Source: an uncultured archaeon (GTDB lineage: Archaea; Thermoproteota; Bathyarchaeia; Bathyarchaeales; Bathycorpusculaceae). From it: DNA of 13,491 nucleotides. Positions 1 through 8,226 of this stretch are shown here, piece by piece. The DNA is taken from NCBI GenBank assembly GCA_963782915.1, contig CAWALK010000010.1, forward strand, positions 1-13,491, read 5' to 3'. Position 1 is the first letter of the stretch; each line of letters opens with the position of its first letter. Below the pieces are notes generated by a model. That model saw nothing but the letters and a program-made list of their open reading frames with translations, was not told where the DNA came from and made no database searches. The translations under genes and the position numbers were made by a program.

Positions 1-1
1 C

Positions 2-190
2 CAAGCAGTCGCTGAAGGCGGAGATGTCGACAGCGCAATCGCCCTACTCAACGGCTTAGATGCCTCCAACGCGCCAGGTGCAACAATGCCCATAATATTC
101 TACCCGATCGTCGGAGTTACAGCTGCAATAGCCGTACTATTTGTGGTTCTCTTCATGAGAAGCCGCAGCAAAGTCAGCTACTTCACCTAG
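2..190 (+). CDS. 3' part of a membrane-anchored hypothetical protein (5'-truncated by the window edge; may continue by frameshift to 299 or 310)
   Basis: Frame 2 is open from base 2: QAVAEGGDVDSAIALLNGLDASNAPGATMPIIFYPIVGVTAAIAVLFVVLFMRSRSKVSYFT*, TAG at 188-190. It has one clear TM helix followed by RSRSK. A protein-like amphipathic continuation EDQIKDLEGLTMRAAKIDRAMSANLDSVKDRLK follows in another frame (195-293). Absent from the ORF track. Confidence 0.7.
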   Translation, partial: QAVAEGGDVDSAIALLNGLDASNAPGATMPIIFYPIVGVTAAIAVLFVVLFMRSRSKVSYFT

Positions 191-302
191 TCGTGAAGAC
201 CAAATCAAAGATTTAGAAGGATTAACAATGAGAGCAGCTAAAATCGACCGTGCAATGTCAGCAAACTTGGATTCAGTAAAAGACCGCCTAAAACATTAGT
301 TG

Positions 303-310
303 GGATGTGA
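303..310 (+). promoter_or_regulatory. Shine-Dalgarno-like site (GGATGTGA) for the tubulin-like gene
   Basis: 7/8 match to GGAGGTGA, 6 nt before an ACG codon (317) that is in frame with the tubulin-like ORF, just after in-frame stops TGA-TAA at 308-313. Confidence 0.45.
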
Positions 311-316
311 TAACCT

Positions 317-3018
317 ACGAGAATATACCAAAACAGCGTACAACTGATTGGGCTAGGTTCAGCGGGTACAAACATCGTTGAATCCTTCCTCGTCAACAAA
401 AAAACAAGGGAACTCATCGAAAACGACTTAACCCGTCTTTCCCTTTTAGCCATAGACATAGCTGACCCCGAAATCCGCAGCCTACAAGAAACCCATGATC
501 AAATCTCCAAAGCCCTCATTAAAGCTGGGATTCCGCGGGAAAGATGGCGATTAATCGCTGAATCCGTAAAATTCCCAACAGCCGAAGCCATGTTCGATTT
601 CATCAACCAAAAATACGGTGAATACGTAATCGGCGAAGGCTCAAAACTTGAAAATTATACTCCATGGCTCCAGTCCACTATGGCTGTTCCTCCGATGGCC
701 GGCGGCGCAGGACGCAGACGAGCTCTCGCAAAAGCAATCTACGCCCTGAACTATTACCAACTCGGCATCATCAGAAACTGCATTAACTCCTTCAAAGAAC
801 AGGCCCTATCCTCTATCGTTACCCCAACAGTCGTGTTGGTCTATGGTATGGGTGGTGGCACTGGAAGCGGCATATTCTTTGATTTCGCCCGTCACATGCG
901 AAAGGTGCTGGGTTCAGGAGTACCTATGATCGCGTTCGTTATTACGCCATGTGGTGGAGATGACCCTCCAGCGAAAGGCTGCTCAGCATTCACAGCCATG
1001 AACGAACTCTCACTGCTGCTTAACAAGGATTACAATGAGCACGTCACCAAAGTGTACGGCGAAATCTACCGCAACCCACTCAACGCACTCGTCTATTTAC
1101 CATTGCTTCCAGCGTTCTCCAAAGTAGGCAACATCGTGTCTGCCAGAAAAGAAATGGATGACATGGTCGTTGACCTGCTTTATGTTTTGATGGATTTTGA
1201 CTTAGCAGACCTCTTAGGCGGCATCGGCACAGAAGTCGGCTTAACCAACAATTCAGCGCACACATTGGGCATGATTAAAGTCATGTACCCAGTCGATGAT
1301 TACCTAGCAGCATACAAGCTAAGCTTCGAGGGCATGCAGCTACTCCAGGAATCACGCAAAGAAAAACTCAATATACTCGATGAAATCAAAAATATCATCA
1401 AAGTAGACAGCGACGTCACACGCGAATTATTCAAGAATTACCTAATCAAAACAGGAACATACAACGAAGACCAATTCGACGAAAAACTAAAAACCATCGT
1501 CAACAGCAACCCACGCCTCGAAGACGACGTCGAATTACATGTCAAAGGCGTCGAAATCCAAGTGAAAAATTGGCTAGACGACATAATGAAGTTCCTGCAA
1601 ACCATAAAATTAATGGGCAAAATCGGTCCAATCGAAGAAGCCATCATCAACTTAACACTTAAAAAAGATGACTCACGAAAACTAGACAACCTCGAAACCC
1701 TACTAACCACCCTCACCAAAACACACCTCGAATTCTACGAGAGCAAAGCAGTCATCCTCGAACGACTAAACCAATTAATCCCAAGCTCACAAATCTTCAC
1801 ATTACGCCAAAAGAAAATCCTCCAAGACATGGTAAACATCTCCGAACTCGCCGAACAAACCCTCAAACTACTCAAATTCTACGATGAAACACGATACATA
1901 ACAGACGCCCTATACGCTACTACGAAGTTCTCCCCGAATGCCAAGCTGAACTCCAAGAATTACATGACATCCAAGACGAACTCGGCACCGTTTACCTCTT
2001 AATCCAGTTAATGCTCCGAACACCACCAGACGAAGCAAAAATGATCGATGAACACTTAACATACATCAGCGAAATCCTCGCTAAGCGTATGCAGAAACGC
2101 GGCAGCTTCGACAACGAAGTCATGCGTGTCATGGAAGTCAAGAAACGCAAAGAATTCGACAAAACCAAGATGGAGCGTCAAGTACGCAAATTCTTAAGCT
2201 CCAAACGCTATGCACGCGAACAACTCCTCGGACTCGACCGCGACTTGCGAAGAATCGCTGAGGAAGAAGCCATCGCAATGGAAAACCTCGACAAAGTCGA
2301 TGCAACAATCAAACTCTACGAGAAACTTGCTAAACGATTCGAATTAACATCTGACTACCGCAAACGCCTCAACAAAATCGTCGATGCCCACCACGAATAC
2401 ACCGCCAAAATCGCAGAGATAGTTGCGCCTAAACGTTACTTCGAGAGAAACGCAGACTTAACCGAGAAGGAACAATTAAAAATCGTCTTCAAAATCTTAA
2501 CCGAACAAGAAGACACCCTAACACGCGAGGTTATCTTCAAAGATGTCTTCGACATGGACCACTTCAAAGACTACATAAAAAGCGTTGTCCGCAGCTTCAA
2601 AACCCCAAGCGTCATGGGTTACAAGCCAACGTATAAAACCGATTACATCTGGGTAACCGTCACAACACCTCCAAAAATGTGGACTGAGGACATGTCTCAG
2701 GAAGTCTACACTGCCCTCGCAGGTTACGTTACCAGCGAAGTCTCAAGAACCATCACAGTGCGTGTTGTCGAATCAAGAGATGCATGGACAACCCGAGTGC
2801 TCGTAGTCGGTGGACGCGGCAGACCCGAAGACATGGAAGCCTTCGACGAAATGCAGAACCTCTACAGCAAATCCAACGACTTCGAACGCTACCTCTCACG
2901 ATCATTCCTACTCGAACACGGCGTACACGCAACAAACATCATCAAACAAGTCAACCAAGAAAACGGCTACGCACCAACAGCCACCAACGGCAACGGCAAC
3001 AACAAGAAACAAGCATAG
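317..3018 (+). CDS. Large tubulin/FtsZ-superfamily GTPase with long helical/coiled-coil region (Tubulin_2/FtsZl-like), ~900 aa, frameshifted near 1912; joins track ORFs 590..2002 and 2011..3018
   Basis: The frame of ORF 590 is open from 314 and encodes QNSVQLIGLGSAGTNIVESF (T1 loop) and LLAIDIAD (T2) before the called ATG. It then has GGAGRRRALAK (T3), YGMGGGTGSG (T4 signature, 845-871) and DFDLADL (T7-like, 1193-1213). The frame of ORF 2011 is open from 1888 and reads IRYYEVLPECQAELQELHDIQDELGTVYLLIQL from 1912; restoring one base at CTA(A)TA joins the two. The true start codon is uncertain. Confidence 0.85.
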
Positions 3019-3021
3019 TTA

Positions 3022-3045
3022 GCAGAAGCTTTCTTTTTCTTCTGC
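3022..3045. terminator. Hairpin with T-rich loop between convergent genes; candidate terminator
   Basis: GCAGAAG (3022-3028) and CTTCTGC (3039-3045) form a perfect 7-bp inverted repeat around CTTTCTTTTT, inside the 42-bp gap between convergent stop codons. Confidence 0.55.
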
Positions 3046-3060
3046 CCCAAAATTTTTGTT

Positions 3061-4632
3061 TTATTCAACCTTTTGAGTTTTAGTTTTGCGCGTTCGCTTT
3101 GGCTTCTCGGTTTGGGCTGCTTGGGTTTCTTCTGGTTTAGGTTTTGCTTTTTTGGTTCTTGGAGTTCTTTTTGGTTTTGTAGGTTTCGGTGATTCGACTA
3201 TTTCTGGAGCTTCGATGGCTGCAGGTTGCGCTTGGATGTTTGTTGTTTCGATTGGGCTTTCTGTACTTACTGTTATTGCCGATTCAATAACTGGTGTTGG
3301 TTCTGGTACTGGGATAGGTGCTACCTCGACTGGCTGCGGCATCTCCATTGTTACCATTTGCGGAGGTTCTATCGGGGTGGGCTGAGCTGGTTCTGGTGTC
3401 TGTGGCTGCTGTGGAATAGGCAGTTCTTCGGGTTTTGCCTGCTCTGGAATAAGTAGCTCCTCTGGTTTTGTCGGCTCTGGGGTTGCTGGTGCCTCAATAA
3501 CGTCTGGTTCCTCCTCAACTTTAAAGGGCAATTGCCAATCCTCAGTCATAAAACCCCTCTCAACCGCTGCACTTTTAAGCGTCGCAACTTTCGTCTCCAA
3601 CTCCTCAAACATTTTGGAGATATCAAATCCGCCGATAAATAGCACTGCGTCGATGCGGTCACTCATGTCTTCTGTGTAGATAGGTTCGGATATGTGGATG
3701 GATTGGGGGCTGGTTTTTTCTTTGAACCAATCTGTTATTGCTAACTCAATTTTTGCCCTGGGAATCTTATCTTTCAAGTTGGCGGGCATGCGCAGGAGTA
3801 CGTAGAGTAGTTTTGAGCTGGATAAGTCAAAGGTTGAAAGTGGTTTTAGCAGGGCAGTGTCGAGCATATTCTCAATGGAGCCATATACACGATAACTGGC
3901 TGCCGTAAATGCTACGGCGCTGAAGAGTTTAACGTTAAAGGTGCGGGATAACTCGCTGATTTCCTGCACAAGCGACTCCTTAGCTAAGAACATGCTGAGC
4001 ATGTAATTGACTATGCTGTTGCCCTTGATTTGAACGCCACTCTTGTCTACGCCTTCAAAAGTTTCAAGTTGGTCTCTGCCTAAAAGCACAACTGTGGAGC
4101 CTTCAGTTGCCAAGCATAATTGCAGTGTGGCGTAGGCGTTGAAGTGGGCGTCTGCTGGTTGAATTTGTGATGGCAAAACAGCTATGGAGAGTGAATCGAT
4201 GCTTTGCCTGTTAAATTTGCTTATTAGGCTTGGTAGGGCGGCGCTGCCAACTCCATCCCAGGCGGAAGCGAAAACTATGGCTCCCCTTAGCCTCTCTGCT
4301 GAGCGCTTCTTTAAACTATCAATAACCGACTTGTCCCGAATGATTGTTGGCAATACATTGTACCAAAAGTGAGTGTCAATGTCTGCATCTTCAAAACCCA
4401 ACACCAAATGCGGCTCATAACCTTTCGGTATCCATTTGTAGATGTCATCGCTTGATTTTTCAATAAAAATCGGCAACGTACCATCTCTACTAACGGTTGG
4501 CTCTCTTAGCAGCGCCTTTATTGGGTATTCACCAATACAGACGATAGCTTGTTTAGGAACCAGAGGTTTTAGCCCTTCGATGTGTTTTTCGATGCTAACT
4601 AGGATGTTAAAAGCGTTTTTGCTATCCTTCAT
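3061..4632 (-). CDS. Divergent tubulin/FtsZ/CetZ-fold protein with degenerate GTP-binding motifs and Pro/Glu-rich plus Lys/Arg-rich C-terminal tail (523 aa)
   Basis: Motif order follows FtsZ/tubulin: AIVCIGEYPIKAL (T1 position), IVFASAWDGVGSAALPSL (T4 position, cf. AGLGGGTGSGAAPVI), SIAVLPS (T5), AHFNAYATL (cf. tubulin EPYNA), TVVLLGRDQL (cf. IVIDNDKL), ENMLDTALLKPLSTFDLSSSKLLYVLL (cf. ALxxPLLDVDISGAKGALV), and DRIDAVLFIGGF (final strand). The last ~150 aa are low complexity. Alignment by eye. Confidence 0.75.
   Translation of the reverse strand: MKDSKNAFNILVSIEKHIEGLKPLVPKQAIVCIGEYPIKALLREPTVSRDGTLPIFIEKSSDDIYKWIPKGYEPHLVLGFEDADIDTHFWYNVLPTIIRDKSVIDSLKKRSAERLRGAIVFASAWDGVGSAALPSLISKFNRQSIDSLSIAVLPSQIQPADAHFNAYATLQLCLATEGSTVVLLGRDQLETFEGVDKSGVQIKGNSIVNYMLSMFLAKESLVQEISELSRTFNVKLFSAVAFTAASYRVYGSIENMLDTALLKPLSTFDLSSSKLLYVLLRMPANLKDKIPRAKIELAITDWFKEKTSPQSIHISEPIYTEDMSDRIDAVLFIGGFDISKMFEELETKVATLKSAAVERGFMTEDWQLPFKVEEEPDVIEAPATPEPTKPEELLIPEQAKPEELPIPQQPQTPEPAQPTPIEPPQMVTMEMPQPVEVAPIPVPEPTPVIESAITVSTESPIETTNIQAQPAAIEAPEIVESPKPTKPKRTPRTKKAKPKPEETQAAQTEKPKRTRKTKTQKVE
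3413..3470 (-). repeat. Imperfect 33-bp intragenic tandem duplication (KPEELLIPEQA / KPEELPIPQQP)
   Basis: GGAATAGGCAGTTCTTCGGGTTTTG (3413-3437) and GGAATAAGTAGCTCCTCTGGTTTTG (3446-3470), offset 33 bp (11 codons). Confidence 0.65.
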
Positions 4633-4647
4633 CCGAGGTACCTACAT

Positions 4648-4682
4648 AAGCTTTAAGAGGCGTTCACATGAAATAAGGTTTT
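4648..4682. promoter_or_regulatory. Overlapping divergent BRE/TATA-like promoters
   Basis: Plus-strand AAGCTTTAAG (4648-4657) is ~40 nt before TTG 4694. Minus-strand AAAACCTTATTT (4682-4671) is ~40 nt before ATG 4632. Confidence 0.5.
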
Positions 4683-4693
4683 AGGTTGATTGC

Positions 4694-7105
4694 TTGAAGA
4701 AGCCCTCCTTGAAACTTTCTGGATTAAGCAGTTGGAATAAAGACCGAAAACAGAAAAGTAAAGAGAAGGAAGAACGGGAACGCCAAACCGAAACACAGAC
4801 ACTTAGAATGTTCACTTTCGTTGTTACACTTATCGCTATGGCGTTAGGTATGTCTTATCTGCCGCTTTTCCCGCAACCACTGCCTATACTACTGGCTGTT
4901 TTGGTTGCTTTTGCCACATATCAGAAGCCACGATTTGGCATGCCTGTGGGTGGAGCAATCCTTGGTTTAGGTTTAATGTTCCATTTGGCTCAGTTATACT
5001 TCATCTCGTTCCTCGGCGACACACCCGTGCGTGTGGTATTCATCGTTGTTTGGATGACGCTGTTTGTAGTTATGCCCTTAATGTTTAACCGCTACAAAAG
5101 CGCACTCGCGGTTGATTTTGGTATTTTGGCTTTTGTGATACTTTTCTTTGCCCCAGCCTATTTTATGGCTATTCCGCTGATTTTGGCTTCAGCGGTTTTC
5201 TTCAAAAAATACGTCGGCTTAACCGTCGTTTACTATGTGCTGCTTTCAGTGCCGCTTCAGCTTATGCAGTATTACCAATACACGGTTATGGCGATTGAAC
5301 GTTCCGATTGGTGGGTTGAAGTCGGTTCTGCTCCGCCAGTGTTTGTATCGCTCAGTAACATTGCTGGCGACTTAACATCCTCAATGAACCAGTTCCGACT
5401 CTATGACACTTCCAAAGTAATCTATGACATTGCTGGTCAAACCACTTGGACTCCAGATTGGGCTGGACGCACAATCAAAGATGCCCTAACCCAATACGTT
5501 GACTCGATTCCAGGTATCCTCATGTTCGTAGTAATTGTTGCTGGGCTTGCATTGGCACTTATCTTCTTTGGAAGAATGCTAATCAAAGAAGGTTTGATTG
5601 GTAACGGCGACAGATTATTCCCATGCTTCACAGCAACCATTGCCGCAGCATTATTCTTCATACTGCTGGATGCATTGCAGACCCCATTGGCGTTCACTGC
5701 GGAAGTGGGACCAGTAGCGATGGTGCTGGGCATATTAGGAACAGCGCTTTTGACACTGCCCGTATTGTTCATGGATTACACTCCCAAGAATCGTGCGACA
5801 AACCAGCAAATCACCGAAAAAGCACAAACACTCCTAAACAAAGTATTGGGCTTTGAAGACCAACTGGAAAATGTGAAAGCGAACATACCAGTGATCGTAA
5901 GCTCGCCTGAAGGCAAAACGCTTGTCCTAAAAGACTCCATCCAAGACATCCTCAAAAGAGCATCACTCAAAGAGTTCCAACAGCAAGAATTAGACGACAA
6001 ATACAACGAACTCGACAAACTCGGCAAAGACAATGAAGCCCTAGAAGCCGAACTTAACACAATTCTTGGGGAATACCAGATTTTCTCAAGCTGCGAATTC
6101 GCTAATTGGATTGGAAAACTCAAAGCAGCAGGCTTAGACGTCAAAACAACCGTGAAAGTTGAGTACCAAAAAGAGATGCCGCTTGAACAACGCATCGAAG
6201 CCATCAAACAAGTCATCGTTGCAGGACGTGAACTCGTCAAAGAAGTCTCATCAATTGCTGAACCCATCTATGGCATCATTCGACCACTGTATGATCCAGC
6301 ACTGCCAGCAAAGAGTTACGCCGTCGAGTTTGCGGCAGATAAGATCGCTAAGAAGGAAGCGCCATGGATCGCCGTTGAAGCACTCTTCAATGCCCTAAAC
6401 AACTGGAAACGCCAATACGGCTTAGACATACAAGCAACCATGAAATACCTGCAGAATTCGCTAAAACCCATTGCACGCTTAAGTAATCAAAGCGAGGTTT
6501 TGCCATCCGTTTTCGGCGATAACACCTCTAAAGTGCTTGGTTACGCGAAGAATGCTGAAGGCATGCGCCTAATCGCTGAGAAAAGAGCAGAAAAAGACGA
6601 AGACAAAATTGACCTCCAAGACGTCGTCGCATTGAAAGAAGACGTTGAAGGCTTCATAGCAATGTCAAACGATATCCTATCAATGCTCTACACGGGCATG
6701 GTCAGCGACGAAGAAACCATCGACCGATTACTACCCACAAAAGATTACCTCTGGGAAAAGAACGGTTCACTACGCGAACGCCTCGAGCAAGCAACAGGGA
6801 TGCTCTCAAACCCATCGCAGTACAAAATCAACGAAATCATGGCGAATCTGCCCAAATACCTCGGTTACATCGACGAATCAGTGCAGACATTGGCGCTTTA
6901 TGCAGAACGCAAAGAATTCCTACTCAATTACCCATTAGCGGAAGCAGCCATCAACGAGCAACTTAAAGTCAAGGAGAAGTTGTTGCCTTCTGATTTGCCA
7001 TTCCAGCCACGATTCGCAGCTGAATACCTAAGGCTATACTATGCCACACGCTATGGCGAATACATGTATGACAAGGAAACCTTAGTGCTGACAAAAAGAC
7101 CATAG
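4694..7105 (+). CDS. Hypothetical polytopic membrane protein: about 10 TM helices plus ~440-aa soluble helical/coiled-coil C-terminal region (803 aa)
   Basis: Long uninterrupted ORF with a charged N-terminus. Seven hydrophobic segments, an ~80-aa loop and three more segments are followed by heptad-like E/K/Q/L-rich helices (ELDDKYNELDKLGKDNEALEAELNTIL). No catalytic motif recognised. The TTG start is uncertain (alternative ATG 4808). Confidence 0.85.
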   Translation: MKKPSLKLSGLSSWNKDRKQKSKEKEERERQTETQTLRMFTFVVTLIAMALGMSYLPLFPQPLPILLAVLVAFATYQKPRFGMPVGGAILGLGLMFHLAQLYFISFLGDTPVRVVFIVVWMTLFVVMPLMFNRYKSALAVDFGILAFVILFFAPAYFMAIPLILASAVFFKKYVGLTVVYYVLLSVPLQLMQYYQYTVMAIERSDWWVEVGSAPPVFVSLSNIAGDLTSSMNQFRLYDTSKVIYDIAGQTTWTPDWAGRTIKDALTQYVDSIPGILMFVVIVAGLALALIFFGRMLIKEGLIGNGDRLFPCFTATIAAALFFILLDALQTPLAFTAEVGPVAMVLGILGTALLTLPVLFMDYTPKNRATNQQITEKAQTLLNKVLGFEDQLENVKANIPVIVSSPEGKTLVLKDSIQDILKRASLKEFQQQELDDKYNELDKLGKDNEALEAELNTILGEYQIFSSCEFANWIGKLKAAGLDVKTTVKVEYQKEMPLEQRIEAIKQVIVAGRELVKEVSSIAEPIYGIIRPLYDPALPAKSYAVEFAADKIAKKEAPWIAVEALFNALNNWKRQYGLDIQATMKYLQNSLKPIARLSNQSEVLPSVFGDNTSKVLGYAKNAEGMRLIAEKRAEKDEDKIDLQDVVALKEDVEGFIAMSNDILSMLYTGMVSDEETIDRLLPTKDYLWEKNGSLRERLEQATGMLSNPSQYKINEIMANLPKYLGYIDESVQTLALYAERKEFLLNYPLAEAAINEQLKVKEKLLPSDLPFQPRFAAEYLRLYYATRYGEYMYDKETLVLTKRP

Positions 7106-7275
7106 TTGGGGCTCATTTGTGATTTTTTCTCTATCCCCCTTATTTATAGGCTCAATGAGTGTGGTGCTTTTTGTTTAGTTTGTCTACGTTTGTTGACGCT
7201 GTTTTGTAATATTGGGTGGTTTGCATGGGGGTTGTTCTTTTTTCTGTGCAGTTGCCGCCGTTTAACTCAGGGCAT

Positions 7276-7992
7276 TCAAGCCACTGCTTTTTGTGATTCT
7301 ACCCCAACCAGAACAGGGAATAAGTCTCTATCCAAAACTACGATTTGGCGAGCATCCACGAAAAAGGCAGCTAACGGCGCATACGTTTCAGAGTACATCA
7401 ATCTCATCTCTACAACGTAGCAATCCGTGAAGTTGAAGTCATACTCCCATTCTGTCATTTGGTAGCCTGATTGGTTTTTGTAATAGAATTGCATATTGCC
7501 GCTACTTAGAAGAACCGAGCCATTGGGGGTTGATTTGACGATTGTGGTATTATGCCAAGTCACGCCTTGGGGTGCGGGACTATTGTAAATTCGAAACTGT
7601 GGGTACTCTGTTACGTTTGCTTCATAGGTTAGCTCTATCTGTTTAGGGTCTCCCTTTCCCTGAAGATTGTTATACCTTGTTTCGTAGTAGCCCAAAACTT
7701 CTGAGTCGATAAAGTTCGCGTAAGTATATACTAAGTATGTACCTGGATGAAGGTAAGCTTCGGGGTCACTTGAACCATCAAACCGCTCTAATGTAGAAAT
7801 AGCGGTATAGTTGATAGATTCGGCTGCTGTAAGTGCGCTTTCTTCTTTCGGGTTGATGAAATTTCGGTTAATGTTTTTCTCATATTTTTCGGACGCTTGA
7901 GGCTGTTTCAAATTCAACATAGCTATCGATGTGACGACTAAAACTAAAACTATTATGCCTACCGCAAGCATCAGGATTAATTTTTTACGCAA
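7276..7992 (-). CDS. Hypothetical secreted or N-terminally anchored protein (238 aa)
   Basis: MRKK plus a hydrophobic helix (LILMLAVGIIVLVLVVTSIAML), then a Y/T/N-rich beta-type domain with several N-x-S/T sequons (NYT, NVT, NTT, NGS, NQS, NFT). TTG start with GAGGGT upstream. Confidence 0.8.
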   Translation of the reverse strand: MRKKLILMLAVGIIVLVLVVTSIAMLNLKQPQASEKYEKNINRNFINPKEESALTAAESINYTAISTLERFDGSSDPEAYLHPGTYLVYTYANFIDSEVLGYYETRYNNLQGKGDPKQIELTYEANVTEYPQFRIYNSPAPQGVTWHNTTIVKSTPNGSVLLSSGNMQFYYKNQSGYQMTEWEYDFNFTDCYVVEMRLMYSETYAPLAAFFVDARQIVVLDRDLFPVLVGVESQKAVA

Positions 7993-8029
7993 CTCGCCTG
8001 ACCCTCAGTTACAGGTTATTAGCATTTGA

Positions 8030-8039
8030 ATTTAAAGCT
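8030..8039 (-). promoter_or_regulatory. TATA-like box for the 7992 gene
   Basis: Minus-strand AGCTTTAAAT about 40 nt upstream of the TTG at 7992; same motif and spacing as other promoters in the window. Confidence 0.45.
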
Positions 8040-8175
8040 ACACTTTAGAACGGACCGAGCTGTTATGTTTTTCTTGCTTTTCTAAAACTTTAGACTGGTT
8101 CGTTTCTTTATTTCCTCATGTTGTTCAATTAGGTAACATACTTCCTCGCACCGTGGACTGAAGCGTATTTTCTTT

Positions 8176-8186
8176 GAAGCTTAATA
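8176..8186 (+). promoter_or_regulatory. BRE/TATA-like box for the metallophosphoesterase operon
   Basis: GAAGCTTAATA about 40 nt upstream of ATG 8227. Confidence 0.45.
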
Positions 8187-8226
8187 CTTCCAGTACTCTT
8201 TTGTTTATTTACTGGTTTTAGACAGA

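Noticed and set aside
1888-2002. Programmed -1 ribosomal frameshift joining the two GTPase halves
   Set aside because: No X XXY YYZ slippery heptamer or obvious stimulatory structure in the overlap; a single-base deletion (error or mutation) is simpler.
590-2002. Calling the gene ftsZ, cetZ or eukaryote-like tubulin
   Set aside because: Length, large helical insert and divergent motif context do not fit those families; only superfamily membership is supported.
238-6398. Short track ORFs 238..459, 1080..1265, 1438..1719, 2753..2935, 2784..3083, 2810..3022, 3086..3385, 3226..3456, 4184..4372, 4442..4684, 5437..5772, 5623..5856, 5776..6267, 6159..6398
   Set aside because: Antisense or off-frame shadows of longer, well-supported genes, with no independent motifs.
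7106-7420. 104-aa ORF after the membrane protein
   Set aside because: Composition reflects a G/T-rich intergenic tract, and it overlaps the 3' end of the 7276..7992 gene on the opposite strand.
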